NCBI GenBank assembly: GCA_017443805.1
Contig: JAFSXY010000120.1
Location: 600 to 64,599 of the forward strand
Source of the DNA: Clostridia bacterium
GTDB lineage: Bacteria; Bacillota; Clostridia; Oscillospirales; Acutalibacteraceae
Length of the DNA: 64,000 bases
Direction of reading: 5' to 3'
A program made the translations under genes and the position numbers. Positions 35,523 through 44,272 of this stretch are shown one piece after another; the stretch's first letter is position 1, and every line of letters begins with the position of its first letter. The notes under the pieces are model-generated. The model was given only the letters and a program-made list of their open reading frames with translations, made no database searches and had not been told where the DNA came from.

Positions 35523-36558
35523 AGGCGATCAGGTGAAAATCCCTGTCCGTGATCCGAAAGCTGTCAGCCAGGCCGTCGGTGACATAAACGCTTTTGTCCG
35601 CAAACACAAAAACCGCCTGAGCGTCTGCGTTCTGCAGCAGCGTAAGCGAAGAGTCGTTCAACCCCGAAACAAAACACGCGGTCGACAGCGCGTCGCTCAA
35701 AAGCCCCTCGGATGAAACGACCGTCACGCCCGAAAGCGCGGTTTCCACGGGATATCCCGTGGCGGGATCCAAAATGTGATGATAGCTTTTTCCTTCAAAG
35801 ACAAACTGTTTTTCATAGCTGCCTGAGGTGGACAGGATGACGGCGCCGTCGTTTGTTCCGGGCGTGCAGGTAAGCGTCGCAAAGTAGCTGTTTGCGTCGC
35901 CGTAAGGATCCCGGAGCCCGACCGTCCAGCTCTGTCTGCCGGCAGGTCTGCCGTACAGCAGTACGGTGCCGCCGAAGTTGATCACGGCCGGGGACGCGTT
36001 CTTTTTCAAAACGTCAAGCATGGCGTCCGCGCCGGCGCCCTTGCCAACGGCACCGAGATCGAGCTGTGTGCCTTCGGAAAGTGTCGCAACGCCGGATCGG
36101 TCGTCGATCGCAACGTGGTCCGCGCCGACGGTTTTCAGCGTGTCGGCAATGTCTTTCGCGGCAGGCAGGGACGGGTTCTCACCTGCAAAGCCCCACAGTG
36201 CGGTCACTGCGCCGACGGTCAGGTCCAAACAGCCGTCGGACAACGCGCCGATCTCCAGAGAACGGCGTAGGATATCCAGCGTTTGGGCGCTGCAGGCGGC
36301 GCTGCCGCTGCGGTTCAAAACAGAGATCTCGGAGGATGCATCGGTGCCGGAGAGCAGAGAATCGATCCGGTTTGCTTCTGCGTCGGCCATCTGCCAGATT
36401 TTTTCTGCAGCTTTCCTGTCTGCGTAAATGTCGGCGGTGATCACGCTGCCCATGGCAAAGCCGGTGAAACTGTTTTTCTCTGCCGTGCAGGCCGGAAGGG
36501 AGAAAAAAAGAAAAAGAAAAAGCAAAGCGATAAGCCGTTTGACCGCAGCGGTATGCAT
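35506..36558 (-). CDS. apbE: FAD:protein FMN transferase (ApbE family) lipoprotein
   Basis: Lipobox FFSLPAC. FTGFAMGSVITADIY...DLGAVGKGAGAD...HHILDPATGYP. Confidence 0.88.
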   Translation of the reverse strand: MHTAAVKRLIALLFLFLFFSLPACTAEKNSFTGFAMGSVITADIYADRKAAEKIWQMADAEANRIDSLLSGTDASSEISVLNRSGSAACSAQTLDILRRSLEIGALSDGCLDLTVGAVTALWGFAGENPSLPAAKDIADTLKTVGADHVAIDDRSGVATLSEGTQLDLGAVGKGAGADAMLDVLKKNASPAVINFGGTVLLYGRPAGRQSWTVGLRDPYGDANSYFATLTCTPGTNDGAVILSTSGSYEKQFVFEGKSYHHILDPATGYPVETALSGVTVVSSEGLLSDALSTACFVSGLNDSSLTLLQNADAQAVFVFADKSVYVTDGLADSFRITDRDFHLIAYEERP

Positions 36559-36756
36559 CGTCTTTGTTCCCTCCCTTGAAACAGATTTTCTGCAAACAAT
36601 ACATATTATATCATTCCGAACGAGTAGAGTAAAGAAGAAAATATAATAAAATAAAGGATATTTTCAGGGGATTAATGTTAAATAATACTTGTTTTATATT
36701 TTTTTATGTGATATTATATCATAGAAATACCATTTTTTACAATCGGAGGCTTTGTT

Positions 36757-37782
36757 TTGAACGACGTTTACCTGGACAGTCTGCATAATTCGGCTGAGGA
36801 TCTCGGGGATATAAAGAGAGCCGACGCGGCGAAGCTCAGCCCGCGCGACAAGCGGCAGATCGTCGTTCTTGCACTTTTGGATGCGGCGGTGATTGTGTTT
36901 ATCGGCCTGTACCTGATGCTGACCGGCTCCGCAGATATTTATAAAGAGATCAAAAAAAACGCCGCATTCGATCCCGCTGTGGATTATTATAACGTTGCCG
37001 ATGCATTCGCAGCGCTTACGCCGACGCTCAATGCGGTCTCCTTTCCGGAGGGCATGCAGCAAAGCTTTCGGGCACTGTATTCCGAAAACGCCGATACGGT
37101 GGGCTGGCTGAAGATCGCCGGCACGGGGATCGACGGCGTCGTTTTGCAGGCGGAGGACAACGCGTTCTACGAGCGCAGGGATTTTTATAAACGGGACGAT
37201 AAACGGACCCGTGTGTTTTTTGCGGATTTTCGGAATTATATCGGCGAAAATGCGGCTTCGCTTTCCAAGGTGACCATATTGTACGGGCATCATTTGACCG
37301 CCGACGAGCGGATCTGGGCGGAGCTGGAAAACTATAAGGATCCGGAGTATTACAAAACGCATCCCGTGATCGAGTTCAATACGATCTACGGCAATTATAA
37401 ATGGAAAGTATTCGCCTGTATGATCACAAGTTCGTCCGCGGAGAAAGACGGCGGCAACCTGTTTTATTACTGGAACCCGTATGTGACGGACGAGCAGACC
37501 GTCGCCTTCTGCACAGAGGTGCTCAACCGCAGCTGGTTTGTGAACCCTGCGGTCAACATTGCCGCCACGGATAAGCTTTTGTGTCTGTCGACCTGCAATT
37601 ACGAGATCTCCATGGAGGACATCCGCTGCGTGGTTTTTGCACGCCTGGTCCGTGACGGCGAGAGCGCGGAAGTGGACGTTTCAGGCACATATTTCAATGA
37701 AGATCGCCGTATGCCCCAGCTTTGGTATGATCAGCAGGGGCTGGCGAACCCCTATATCAACACGCCGGTTTTCGGACAGTAA
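36757..37782 (+). CDS. Class B sortase-like transpeptidase (paralogue 1)
   Basis: TTG start 7 nt after GGAGG. N-terminal TM helix. GWLKIAGTGIDGVVLQ, catalytic-type YGHH, LSTC and VVFARLVRDGE motifs. Confidence 0.8.
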   Translation: MNDVYLDSLHNSAEDLGDIKRADAAKLSPRDKRQIVVLALLDAAVIVFIGLYLMLTGSADIYKEIKKNAAFDPAVDYYNVADAFAALTPTLNAVSFPEGMQQSFRALYSENADTVGWLKIAGTGIDGVVLQAEDNAFYERRDFYKRDDKRTRVFFADFRNYIGENAASLSKVTILYGHHLTADERIWAELENYKDPEYYKTHPVIEFNTIYGNYKWKVFACMITSSSAEKDGGNLFYYWNPYVTDEQTVAFCTEVLNRSWFVNPAVNIAATDKLLCLSTCNYEISMEDIRCVVFARLVRDGESAEVDVSGTYFNEDRRMPQLWYDQQGLANPYINTPVFGQ

Positions 37783-37797
37783 AAAGGAGAGAAATGC

Positions 37798-38604
37798 ATG
37801 GACATCAAGCATATGTCGGGGGAAGGGCTTCCGGATGAGGAGCGGTTGTTTCCCGTGGGGGAGCGCAGCCGTGTCAACAATGAAAGCGTGGATGAAATTC
37901 TCAGAGATATCATGAAAGAGGACGGTACGTTCAACGACGATTTTAACGAGCTGTTTTCCCGGTATCTCGGCGGCAGCGCGGACGATCTCCGCGTTACGGA
38001 TCTTTCGGACCGTACGCAGGACGAGCCCATCGGCAGCCGGGTGGAGTTCTCGGAGGAGACGGGCAGAGCGTTCCGCGAGGAAAAGAATACGGAGCGGCGG
38101 ATCAGCGAGAAACTGTCGCCGCAGGTGCGGGAGATCTATTCCGAGGCGGTCTACAGCTCCGCACAGCCGGAGTTCACGAATGAAGGCACCGTAAAATATC
38201 CCTCGATGGGCGTCGGCGAATCCGAGGAGCGCGTCGTTTATGACGCCGAATGGGAAGAACGCGCAAAAAAAGAGGCGCAGCGACGGGAACAGATCCGCCG
38301 GGAAAATATGCTGCGGGGCGACAGCGCCTACGGACGTTCGTTCCGGTTCTCCGGTGCAGATGAGCGGTCCCCTAAACCGTATGTCAACAACGCCTATATC
38401 GATCCGCTGGACGATTCACAGGACGTTCCGCTGTTTCAGCGGCGGCAGCCGGTCAATCAGACTTCCCAGCCCAGACATGCGGCGCATGGCAGACAGGTCG
38501 TGCAGCCCAGACAACAGACCGTACCGCAGAAAGAAGAAGCGTCCGAGCAGGAAGAAACGGAGAAAAGCTCTTTTTTTCGGAGGGTTTTTCCGAAAAGCAA
38601 ATAA
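37798..38604 (+). CDS. Acidic, low-complexity hypothetical protein
   Basis: 268-aa ORF, highly charged, with no TM helix or signal peptide. Tightly spaced between the two sortase genes. Confidence 0.6.
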   Translation: MDIKHMSGEGLPDEERLFPVGERSRVNNESVDEILRDIMKEDGTFNDDFNELFSRYLGGSADDLRVTDLSDRTQDEPIGSRVEFSEETGRAFREEKNTERRISEKLSPQVREIYSEAVYSSAQPEFTNEGTVKYPSMGVGESEERVVYDAEWEERAKKEAQRREQIRRENMLRGDSAYGRSFRFSGADERSPKPYVNNAYIDPLDDSQDVPLFQRRQPVNQTSQPRHAAHGRQVVQPRQQTVPQKEEASEQEETEKSSFFRRVFPKSK

Positions 38605-38639
38605 GCGCTGAGGCTGTCGACGGAAAAACCGATATCGCC

Positions 38640-40079
38640 ATGAAGGACAGCAGTCAAACTGCCGAAAAAAAACCGGACGGAGAAGCAGCGGACGCCGCGG
38701 TGCTGAAAGCGTTTGCCTCCGATCGGGAAAAAGAAAAGGCGTTCAGAGAGCGCTGGATGCACGTAGTGGACGAAGCGCAGGAGAGAAGAGAAAAAAAAGA
38801 GGCCCAGGCGCAGCACCGGGAGGCGGTCCGCCGCGCCGAAGAACACAGGGCGACGCTTGCAAAAAAAGTTGCCGTTGCCGAAAAATCATTTGCGGAAGGG
38901 GATTTTCCTTTGGATCTGGAGCATATCACAAACAACAGCGATTTTGAAGAGATGCCTGTTCAAAGCGGCGTGCCGGAGGAGTCGTTATATCCGCCCGCCG
39001 AAAAAATAGACAGGCTGGAGCGCAGCGCCGAGGCCATTGTGATCACAAAACGGGAGGGCGCGCCGGCGCGCAAAGCAAGTAAAAAGAAGAAGAAAAAGAA
39101 AAAGCGTACCTTCCGCGCAAAACTGCGGCAGTTTTCTGCGGACAATATCCCGCATAGGGGCGACGGCGCGAAGGAAACGGTGCGCAAGGTCATACGTCTT
39201 GTTTCCTTTGTCGCGCTTGTCTGCGGCCTTGCGTATCTTGCCGTTTACGGCGTCAATTATCTGCGCCACCGGCAGCAGACGCAGACCTTTGAAAATGAGA
39301 TCTCCGAATTGTCCGACCTGACGGTACAGGAAGAGGCGGACGCGTGGGCGGATATCCGCGCGCAGTACCCCGACGTGGAATTTCCGGAGGGAATGCAGCT
39401 CAAGTTTTCAAAGATCTACGCCATTAACCAGGAAATGGTCGGCTGGCTGCGGATCCCCAATACGGGCATTTCCACGCCGCTGGTGCAGACTACAAACAAT
39501 TATTATTATTTAAATCACGATATCTTCGGCGAAAAGACGCGTTACGGAAACCCATTTATCAGCTACGACTGCAAGTTCGGCAAGGAAATCGGCAGAAATA
39601 CCATTGTTTACGGCCATAATCTCCACGACGGGTCCATTTTCCATGCGCTGACCGATTATATGTCCGTCAAGGGGTATTTGAACGCGCCGATCGTGGAGCT
39701 GGACACCATGTACGAATCCACCAAATGGAAGATCTTCGCCGTGATGCTTACGAACTCCACCGAGGATATGAACAACGGCTACGTATTCCAGTATCTTTAT
39801 CCGGAATTTTCATCCGACTACGCGTTTTTGTCCAAGATCGACGAGATCAAAGCCCGGTCCATGATCCATACCGGCGTCGACGTGGAGGCGGATGACAAGA
39901 TCCTTACGCTTTATACCTGCTATCTTGCGCGGTTCAGCGGCGGCAGACTTGTTGTGTTTGCGCGGCAGCTTCGTCCCGGGGAGTCGGAGCAGATCGACGA
40001 GTCCCAGGTATATTATGATTCGAATGCGATCTTCCCTGCGGCATATTACGGAAAAGCCCTGATCCGCGCGGGAAGATAA
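38640..40079 (+). CDS. Class B sortase-like transpeptidase (paralogue 2) with a ~190-aa charged cytoplasmic N-terminal extension
   Basis: 479-aa ORF with a poly-Lys tract and a TM helix VIRLVSFVALVCGLAYLAVYGV. GWLRIPNTGISTPLVQ, YGHN, LYTC and VVFARQLRPGE motifs. Confidence 0.8.
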   Translation: MKDSSQTAEKKPDGEAADAAVLKAFASDREKEKAFRERWMHVVDEAQERREKKEAQAQHREAVRRAEEHRATLAKKVAVAEKSFAEGDFPLDLEHITNNSDFEEMPVQSGVPEESLYPPAEKIDRLERSAEAIVITKREGAPARKASKKKKKKKKRTFRAKLRQFSADNIPHRGDGAKETVRKVIRLVSFVALVCGLAYLAVYGVNYLRHRQQTQTFENEISELSDLTVQEEADAWADIRAQYPDVEFPEGMQLKFSKIYAINQEMVGWLRIPNTGISTPLVQTTNNYYYLNHDIFGEKTRYGNPFISYDCKFGKEIGRNTIVYGHNLHDGSIFHALTDYMSVKGYLNAPIVELDTMYESTKWKIFAVMLTNSTEDMNNGYVFQYLYPEFSSDYAFLSKIDEIKARSMIHTGVDVEADDKILTLYTCYLARFSGGRLVVFARQLRPGESEQIDESQVYYDSNAIFPAAYYGKALIRAGR

Positions 40080-40106
40080 ATCGGGGAAACCAGGAGGGAA
40101 GGAAAG

Positions 40107-41318
40107 ATGATGAAGGCGCGTATTTTTGTGTTGGGCGTCCAACAGGATGAAAAAAACAAGTGGTTTGATTTTATGCTCAGCAACACATTTGCCCCTGTGT
40201 TTACCGAGGAGGGGGCGCTGGCGTATTACGATACGGTAAAGGACGCGATCCCCTCTATCGGAAAGGCGTTTGCCGATTCCGATACGGTAATGTTTTTCGC
40301 GGGGAAGGAGAGCTTTCCGCAGGTAAAGCTTGTGCTCAGCAAAGCGCTCGGCCTGCAGATGAAGATCGATCAGTCCTTGCTGGAAACGGCTTCGCTCGCC
40401 GACCCCGAGGGCGCCGGGCAGGAGGATTTCGCCGTGCGCAGCGCGGGGATCCCGGAGGGCGGCGTCGCGTTCGGCCTGTCGGATGCGCTGGATACCGGTT
40501 TCGGCGTCCATAAAGGGCGTCAGACCATCGTCGTGCTGCCCGTTTTGCTGGACCGCACCGGGCAGGTCCTTGCGCAGCAGGTCATTCCGTTTATCAATGA
40601 TCTGTACGGCGTAACGCTGCCTACGTTTTACGCGGATTGTATTTTTGCCTTTGCCCTGCAGGAAAAGCTGGCAGGCAAAGAGCTGACCGTTGCAATGTGC
40701 GATACGCCGACGACCGCGCTGTTCAAGCAGTATCTTTCGCACACGCCTGCGCTTGACAGGCGTATGCCGGTCGCAGTCCGGGGAGAAAAGCGTGAGGAGA
40801 CGCCGCCGGATGAATACGTTGTGAATTTGTCGATCACGGCGGCGGAATTCGTCGGCGCGCCGTACGGTATCGCAATGACCAACGCGTTTTATACCGGAGA
40901 CGATCCGCAGGGAGAACGCGTCGTCTATCTTTCGGTCACAAGCGAAACGGAGAACACGATCCGGGAGGTCACATCGCTTTACGGCGAAACCACGCCGGAT
41001 CTGATGAACCGCTGCTGCGGCGAGCTGTGCTCGCTGATCGGACAGATCATCGATATCGATGAGGGCGTGCTGCAGAAGGAGCCTGCGGAAAAGGAAGAAA
41101 AAAAACGCGGCAAAGGAAAGTTTATTGCGCTGCTGCTGTTATTGCTTGCCGCGATCGCCGCTGTCTGCGTTTACGGTTATTACTTCTTCTCACAACATGA
41201 TTATAACGTCCGGGATTGGCTCAACAGTTATTTTCCGTCCATTGTCAGACAGGCGGATGAAACGACGGATGACGATAACGGAACGACTTTAACGGAGGCA
41301 GATTCCGCGCAAAATTAA
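40107..41318 (+). CDS. Membrane-anchored hypothetical protein (N-terminal domain weakly CinA/MoCF-like)
   Basis: 403-aa ORF with a C-terminal TM helix FIALLLLLLAAIAAVCVYGYYFF. Loose resemblance to the CinA N-domain (SDTVMFFAG...GIPEGGVAFGL...GRQTIVVLP) but without the GGLGPT motif. Confidence 0.6.
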   Translation: MMKARIFVLGVQQDEKNKWFDFMLSNTFAPVFTEEGALAYYDTVKDAIPSIGKAFADSDTVMFFAGKESFPQVKLVLSKALGLQMKIDQSLLETASLADPEGAGQEDFAVRSAGIPEGGVAFGLSDALDTGFGVHKGRQTIVVLPVLLDRTGQVLAQQVIPFINDLYGVTLPTFYADCIFAFALQEKLAGKELTVAMCDTPTTALFKQYLSHTPALDRRMPVAVRGEKREETPPDEYVVNLSITAAEFVGAPYGIAMTNAFYTGDDPQGERVVYLSVTSETENTIREVTSLYGETTPDLMNRCCGELCSLIGQIIDIDEGVLQKEPAEKEEKKRGKGKFIALLLLLLAAIAAVCVYGYYFFSQHDYNVRDWLNSYFPSIVRQADETTDDDNGTTLTEADSAQN

Positions 41319-41334
41319 GCGCGTTGCTTGGGGT

Positions 41335-42168
41335 ATGAAGAAACGAAAACAACGTTTCATCGCCACATTGACAGCGGCCGTTATTGCCGCGCTGTGCATA
41401 ATCCCCGCGGGGGCGGTGCAGCAGCAGATCCTGTTGGGCGATGCGAACAGAAACGGAAAAATCGAAGCGGGGGACGCGCGTTTTGCGCTGCGCTGCGCTG
41501 TCGGGCTGGAGATCTACGGTGCGATCGACATGCTGATCTGCGACGTGGATGATAACGGCTATATCCAGGCGGAGGACGCAAGAGAGATATTGCGTGTCGC
41601 AGTCGGGCTGGACAGTTTCAACGGCGTGTCTTATACGGTGGATGTTGAAGAGCAGGGCGGGAATACCGATCCCGCTTTTACGGGTTATGCAAGTCCCACC
41701 TCGCTTACGTGGGCACAGACGGTCGCCAACGCAGAGCTGATCTATTCGCTTTTATCGCAGCTCGGCTGGTCCCGCAATGCGATCTGCGCTGTGCTCGGTA
41801 ACATGCACCATGAGAGCGGGACCATCAATCCCGGCATTCAGCAGACCTATGGGACTGCTTACGGTCTTGTGCAGTGGGATCCGCCCTCGCAGTATTTGGA
41901 CTGGGCGTCTGCCAACGGCTATGCCGCGGACAGCCTGATCGGCCAGGTCTATTATCTCAATGAATCCATGAAGCCCGGAAAGGGCAATTGGTTTTCCAGC
42001 TCCAGACATCCGGAATATTATGAGACCTACAGCGATTTTATTGCGTCCGAGAAGGACGTCGACTATCTGACCTGCGTTTTTCTGTATTGCTACGAACGGC
42101 CGGGCATTGCCCATGAGGCGCGGCGGATCGAACATGCGCGGGACTGGCTTGCGTATTTCAGCGGTTGA
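41335..42168 (+). CDS. Secreted protein with an N-terminal dockerin and a phage tail lysozyme-like domain
   Basis: Signal peptide. Dockerin loops [18 protein letters not shown] and [19 protein letters not shown]-terminal [14 protein letters not shown]...GYGLVQW-type pattern ([12 protein letters not shown]...AYGLVQWD). Confidence 0.75.
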   Translation: MKKRKQRFIATLTAAVIAALCIIPAGAVQQQILLGDANRNGKIEAGDARFALRCAVGLEIYGAIDMLICDVDDNGYIQAEDAREILRVAVGLDSFNGVSYTVDVEEQGGNTDPAFTGYASPTSLTWAQTVANAELIYSLLSQLGWSRNAICAVLGNMHHESGTINPGIQQTYGTAYGLVQWDPPSQYLDWASANGYAADSLIGQVYYLNESMKPGKGNWFSSSRHPEYYETYSDFIASEKDVDYLTCVFLYCYERPGIAHEARRIEHARDWLAYFSG

Positions 42169-42188
42169 TCCGCAGAGAATACATCGGT

Positions 42189-42222
42189 TTCCGCCGCAGC
42201 AAAACGCGGCGGAACTCTTTTG
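42189..42222 (+). terminator. Intrinsic terminator-like hairpin
   Basis: 9-bp GC-rich stem TTCCGCCGC / GCGGCGGAA followed by CTCTTTTG. Confidence 0.55.
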
Positions 42223-42245
42223 TGAACGAAGGGAGCGAAGGTAAT

Positions 42246-42803
42246 ATGGATCAGGCGCGTATCGAGCGGGCCGTCCGGGAGATCCTGGAGGCCATCGGGG
42301 AGGACCCCGACAGAGAAGGGCTGGCAGAAACGCCCAGGCGCGTAGCCAATATGTATGCGGAGATCTTTTCCGGTCTGGAGGCCGATCCCGGTTCATTGAT
42401 CAAGGTGTTTTCCGAGGCGGATAACGATGAAATGGTCGTCGTCCGCGATATCCCGCTATACTCCATGTGCGAGCATCATCTGCTGCCGTTTGTCGGCAAA
42501 GCGCACATCGTTTATATCCCGGCTGACGGCAAGGTGATCGGTTTGTCCAAGCTTGCGCGCATCGTGGATAATTTTGCGCGCCGTCCGCAGCTGCAGGAGC
42601 GGCTGACCTCGCAGATCGCGGATTTCCTGACGGAGCGGCTGCATCCGAAGGGCGTCGCCGTGATCGTTGAGGCGGAGCATCTGTGCATGACCATGCGCGG
42701 CGCACGGGCCGCGGGGGCGCTCACGCGCACTTCCGCTCTGCGCGGCGTCATCCGGACCGACGCGCGTACCCGCGCGGAGGCGCTTGCGCTGATCAGAGAT
42801 TGA
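42246..42803 (+). CDS. folE: GTP cyclohydrolase I
   Basis: Start set at [26 protein letters not shown]...ETP.R...[14 protein letters not shown]; 185 aa. Confidence 0.9.
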   Translation: MDQARIERAVREILEAIGEDPDREGLAETPRRVANMYAEIFSGLEADPGSLIKVFSEADNDEMVVVRDIPLYSMCEHHLLPFVGKAHIVYIPADGKVIGLSKLARIVDNFARRPQLQERLTSQIADFLTERLHPKGVAVIVEAEHLCMTMRGARAAGALTRTSALRGVIRTDARTRAEALALIRD

Positions 42804-42829
42804 AAAACTGCTTGACGGAGACCGTTTGA

Positions 42830-43192
42830 ATGGATAAAAAAGAAAACAACGTCGCACAGTATCCGGATTTTAATATGTATAAAGATCAACTGGAGAATCC
42901 GCAGATGTTCATGGCCGTCTACGCGGGGCCGGAGATGATGTCGAATATGGGACCTGCAGCCGGTTTTGTTGGGGCGTTTGTCGCAGCCGAAGCGATGAAA
43001 CAAGACGCAGCGCCGGCGGCGCAGAGATACTGCGCCGACTGCGGCGCCGCGATTCCCACCACTGCCAAATTCTGTCCCGACTGCGGGAAAAAACAGCCTG
43101 CCCCGGTCGTATGCCCGCGCTGCGGCGCGATGATACTTCCCCAGCATCGTTTTTGTATCGAATGCGGCGAAGTTGTGAAAAAAGAAGAGTAA
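42830..43192 (+). CDS. Double zinc-ribbon domain protein
   Basis: 120-aa ORF. The C-terminus carries two CxxC...CxxC ribbons (YCADCG...FCPDCG and VCPRCG...FCIECG). The N-terminal 65 aa are low-complexity or hydrophobic. Confidence 0.7.
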   Translation: MDKKENNVAQYPDFNMYKDQLENPQMFMAVYAGPEMMSNMGPAAGFVGAFVAAEAMKQDAAPAAQRYCADCGAAIPTTAKFCPDCGKKQPAPVVCPRCGAMILPQHRFCIECGEVVKKEE

Positions 43193-43216
43193 AGCATTTG
43201 TTTGCGGACGCGGGTT

Positions 43217-44263
43217 ATGGAAAAACGTAAAAAGCGCTGGCCGCTTAGAAACTGCGTTTGGGAATTAACGCTTGCCTGTCCGTTTCACTGCGCCTACTGC
43301 GGCTCCGGCGGCGGAACGGCGCGGAAAGGGGAGCTGACGGGAGAAGCGTGCATGCGCGTCGTCCGTTCTTTGAAAACGCTTGGCTGCCGCCGTGTCTCGC
43401 TGATCGGCGGCGAGGTGTTTTTGCACCCCGACTGGCAAAAGATCGCTTCTGCGCTCCATGCAAACGGGATGCGGGTGTGTATTATTACAAACGGATACCG
43501 CATGACGCCGGAAATCGTAAAAGGCCTTTTGCACGCGCAAATTGAAAGCGTTGCCGTTTCCGTCGACGGTCCCGAAACGGCGCACGACGCCTTTCGGCAG
43601 CCGGGCAGCTTTTCCGCGGCGATCGGGACGATCGAAACCCTTGCCGGCGCGGGGATCCCCGTGTCGGCCATCAGCGCGCTGCGCGCGGATAACGTGCCGC
43701 TTTTACCCCAATTGTTTGAAATACTGCGAAAATATCCGCTTTATGCCTGGCAGCTGCAGGCGTGTTCGCCCATGGGAAACGCCCGCTTAAACGGTTTGCA
43801 GGTGAAGTTCTCCGCCAAAGAAGTGATGGATTTTGTGCGCGGGACGGCGCCGGTTTCTCCGTTCCCCATCGGGATCGCGGACAATATCGGCTATTGTACG
43901 CCGGATGACGCCGTGCTGCGCGGCGGTTGCTTTACGGGCTGCTCCGCCGGACTGACCATGGTCGGTATCGACAGCGTCGGCAATGTGCGCGGCTGTGAGT
44001 CTATGTATGACGCCCGTTTCATTGAGGGCAACGTAAAAGACCGGCCGCTGGAGGAAATCTGGACGGATGAAAACGCTTTTGCCTATAACCGGCGGTTTAC
44101 GCCGGACAAACTGACCGGCGCCTGCGCCGAATGCAAATACGGCGGCCGCTGCGGCGGCGGGTGCAGGTCGTATAATTATTTTGCAAACAACGGGAAACTG
44201 TATGAAAGTCCTGTGTGTATCAGCGGCAAAAACGCGTCTGCCGCACGGATGGACAGAGAATAG
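43217..44263 (+). CDS. Radical SAM enzyme with a C-terminal SPASM domain
   Basis: CPFHCAYC (Cx3Cx2C) near the N-terminus. SPASM-type cysteines: CFTGCSAG...G..RGCE...CAECKYGGRCGGGCRS...PVC. Start set at ATG 43217; the track uses an upstream TTG. Confidence 0.82.
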   Translation: MEKRKKRWPLRNCVWELTLACPFHCAYCGSGGGTARKGELTGEACMRVVRSLKTLGCRRVSLIGGEVFLHPDWQKIASALHANGMRVCIITNGYRMTPEIVKGLLHAQIESVAVSVDGPETAHDAFRQPGSFSAAIGTIETLAGAGIPVSAISALRADNVPLLPQLFEILRKYPLYAWQLQACSPMGNARLNGLQVKFSAKEVMDFVRGTAPVSPFPIGIADNIGYCTPDDAVLRGGCFTGCSAGLTMVGIDSVGNVRGCESMYDARFIEGNVKDRPLEEIWTDENAFAYNRRFTPDKLTGACAECKYGGRCGGGCRSYNYFANNGKLYESPVCISGKNASAARMDRE

Positions 44264-44272
44264 GAGCGCGCC

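Noticed and set aside
36694-37362. 222-aa minus-strand ORF overlapping the first sortase gene
   Set aside because: It has no RBS or recognisable domain and starts in the AT-rich intergenic region. The sense-strand sortase motifs are unambiguous.
39081-39108. The A-rich run (AAAAAGAAGAAGAAAAAGAAAAAG) as a programmed frameshift or slippage site
   Set aside because: It encodes an in-frame poly-Lys tract just before the TM helix of sortase 2, consistent with the positive-inside rule. No alternative frame continues productively.
39810-40742. 310-aa minus-strand ORF across the sortase-2 / 403-aa protein junction
   Set aside because: Arg-rich antisense artefact spanning two well-supported plus-strand genes.
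42169-42245. THF riboswitch upstream of folE (also considered upstream of folD)
   Set aside because: Only ~75 nt are available, and most of that is a terminator-like hairpin. I saw no THF-aptamer-like architecture, and the folD leader is AT-rich promoter DNA.
43217-44263. The radical SAM enzyme as QueE (7-carboxy-7-deazaguanine synthase), because it neighbours folE
   Set aside because: It has a complete C-terminal SPASM cysteine array and MoaA/PqqE-like N-terminal spacing, which QueE lacks. No other que genes are nearby.
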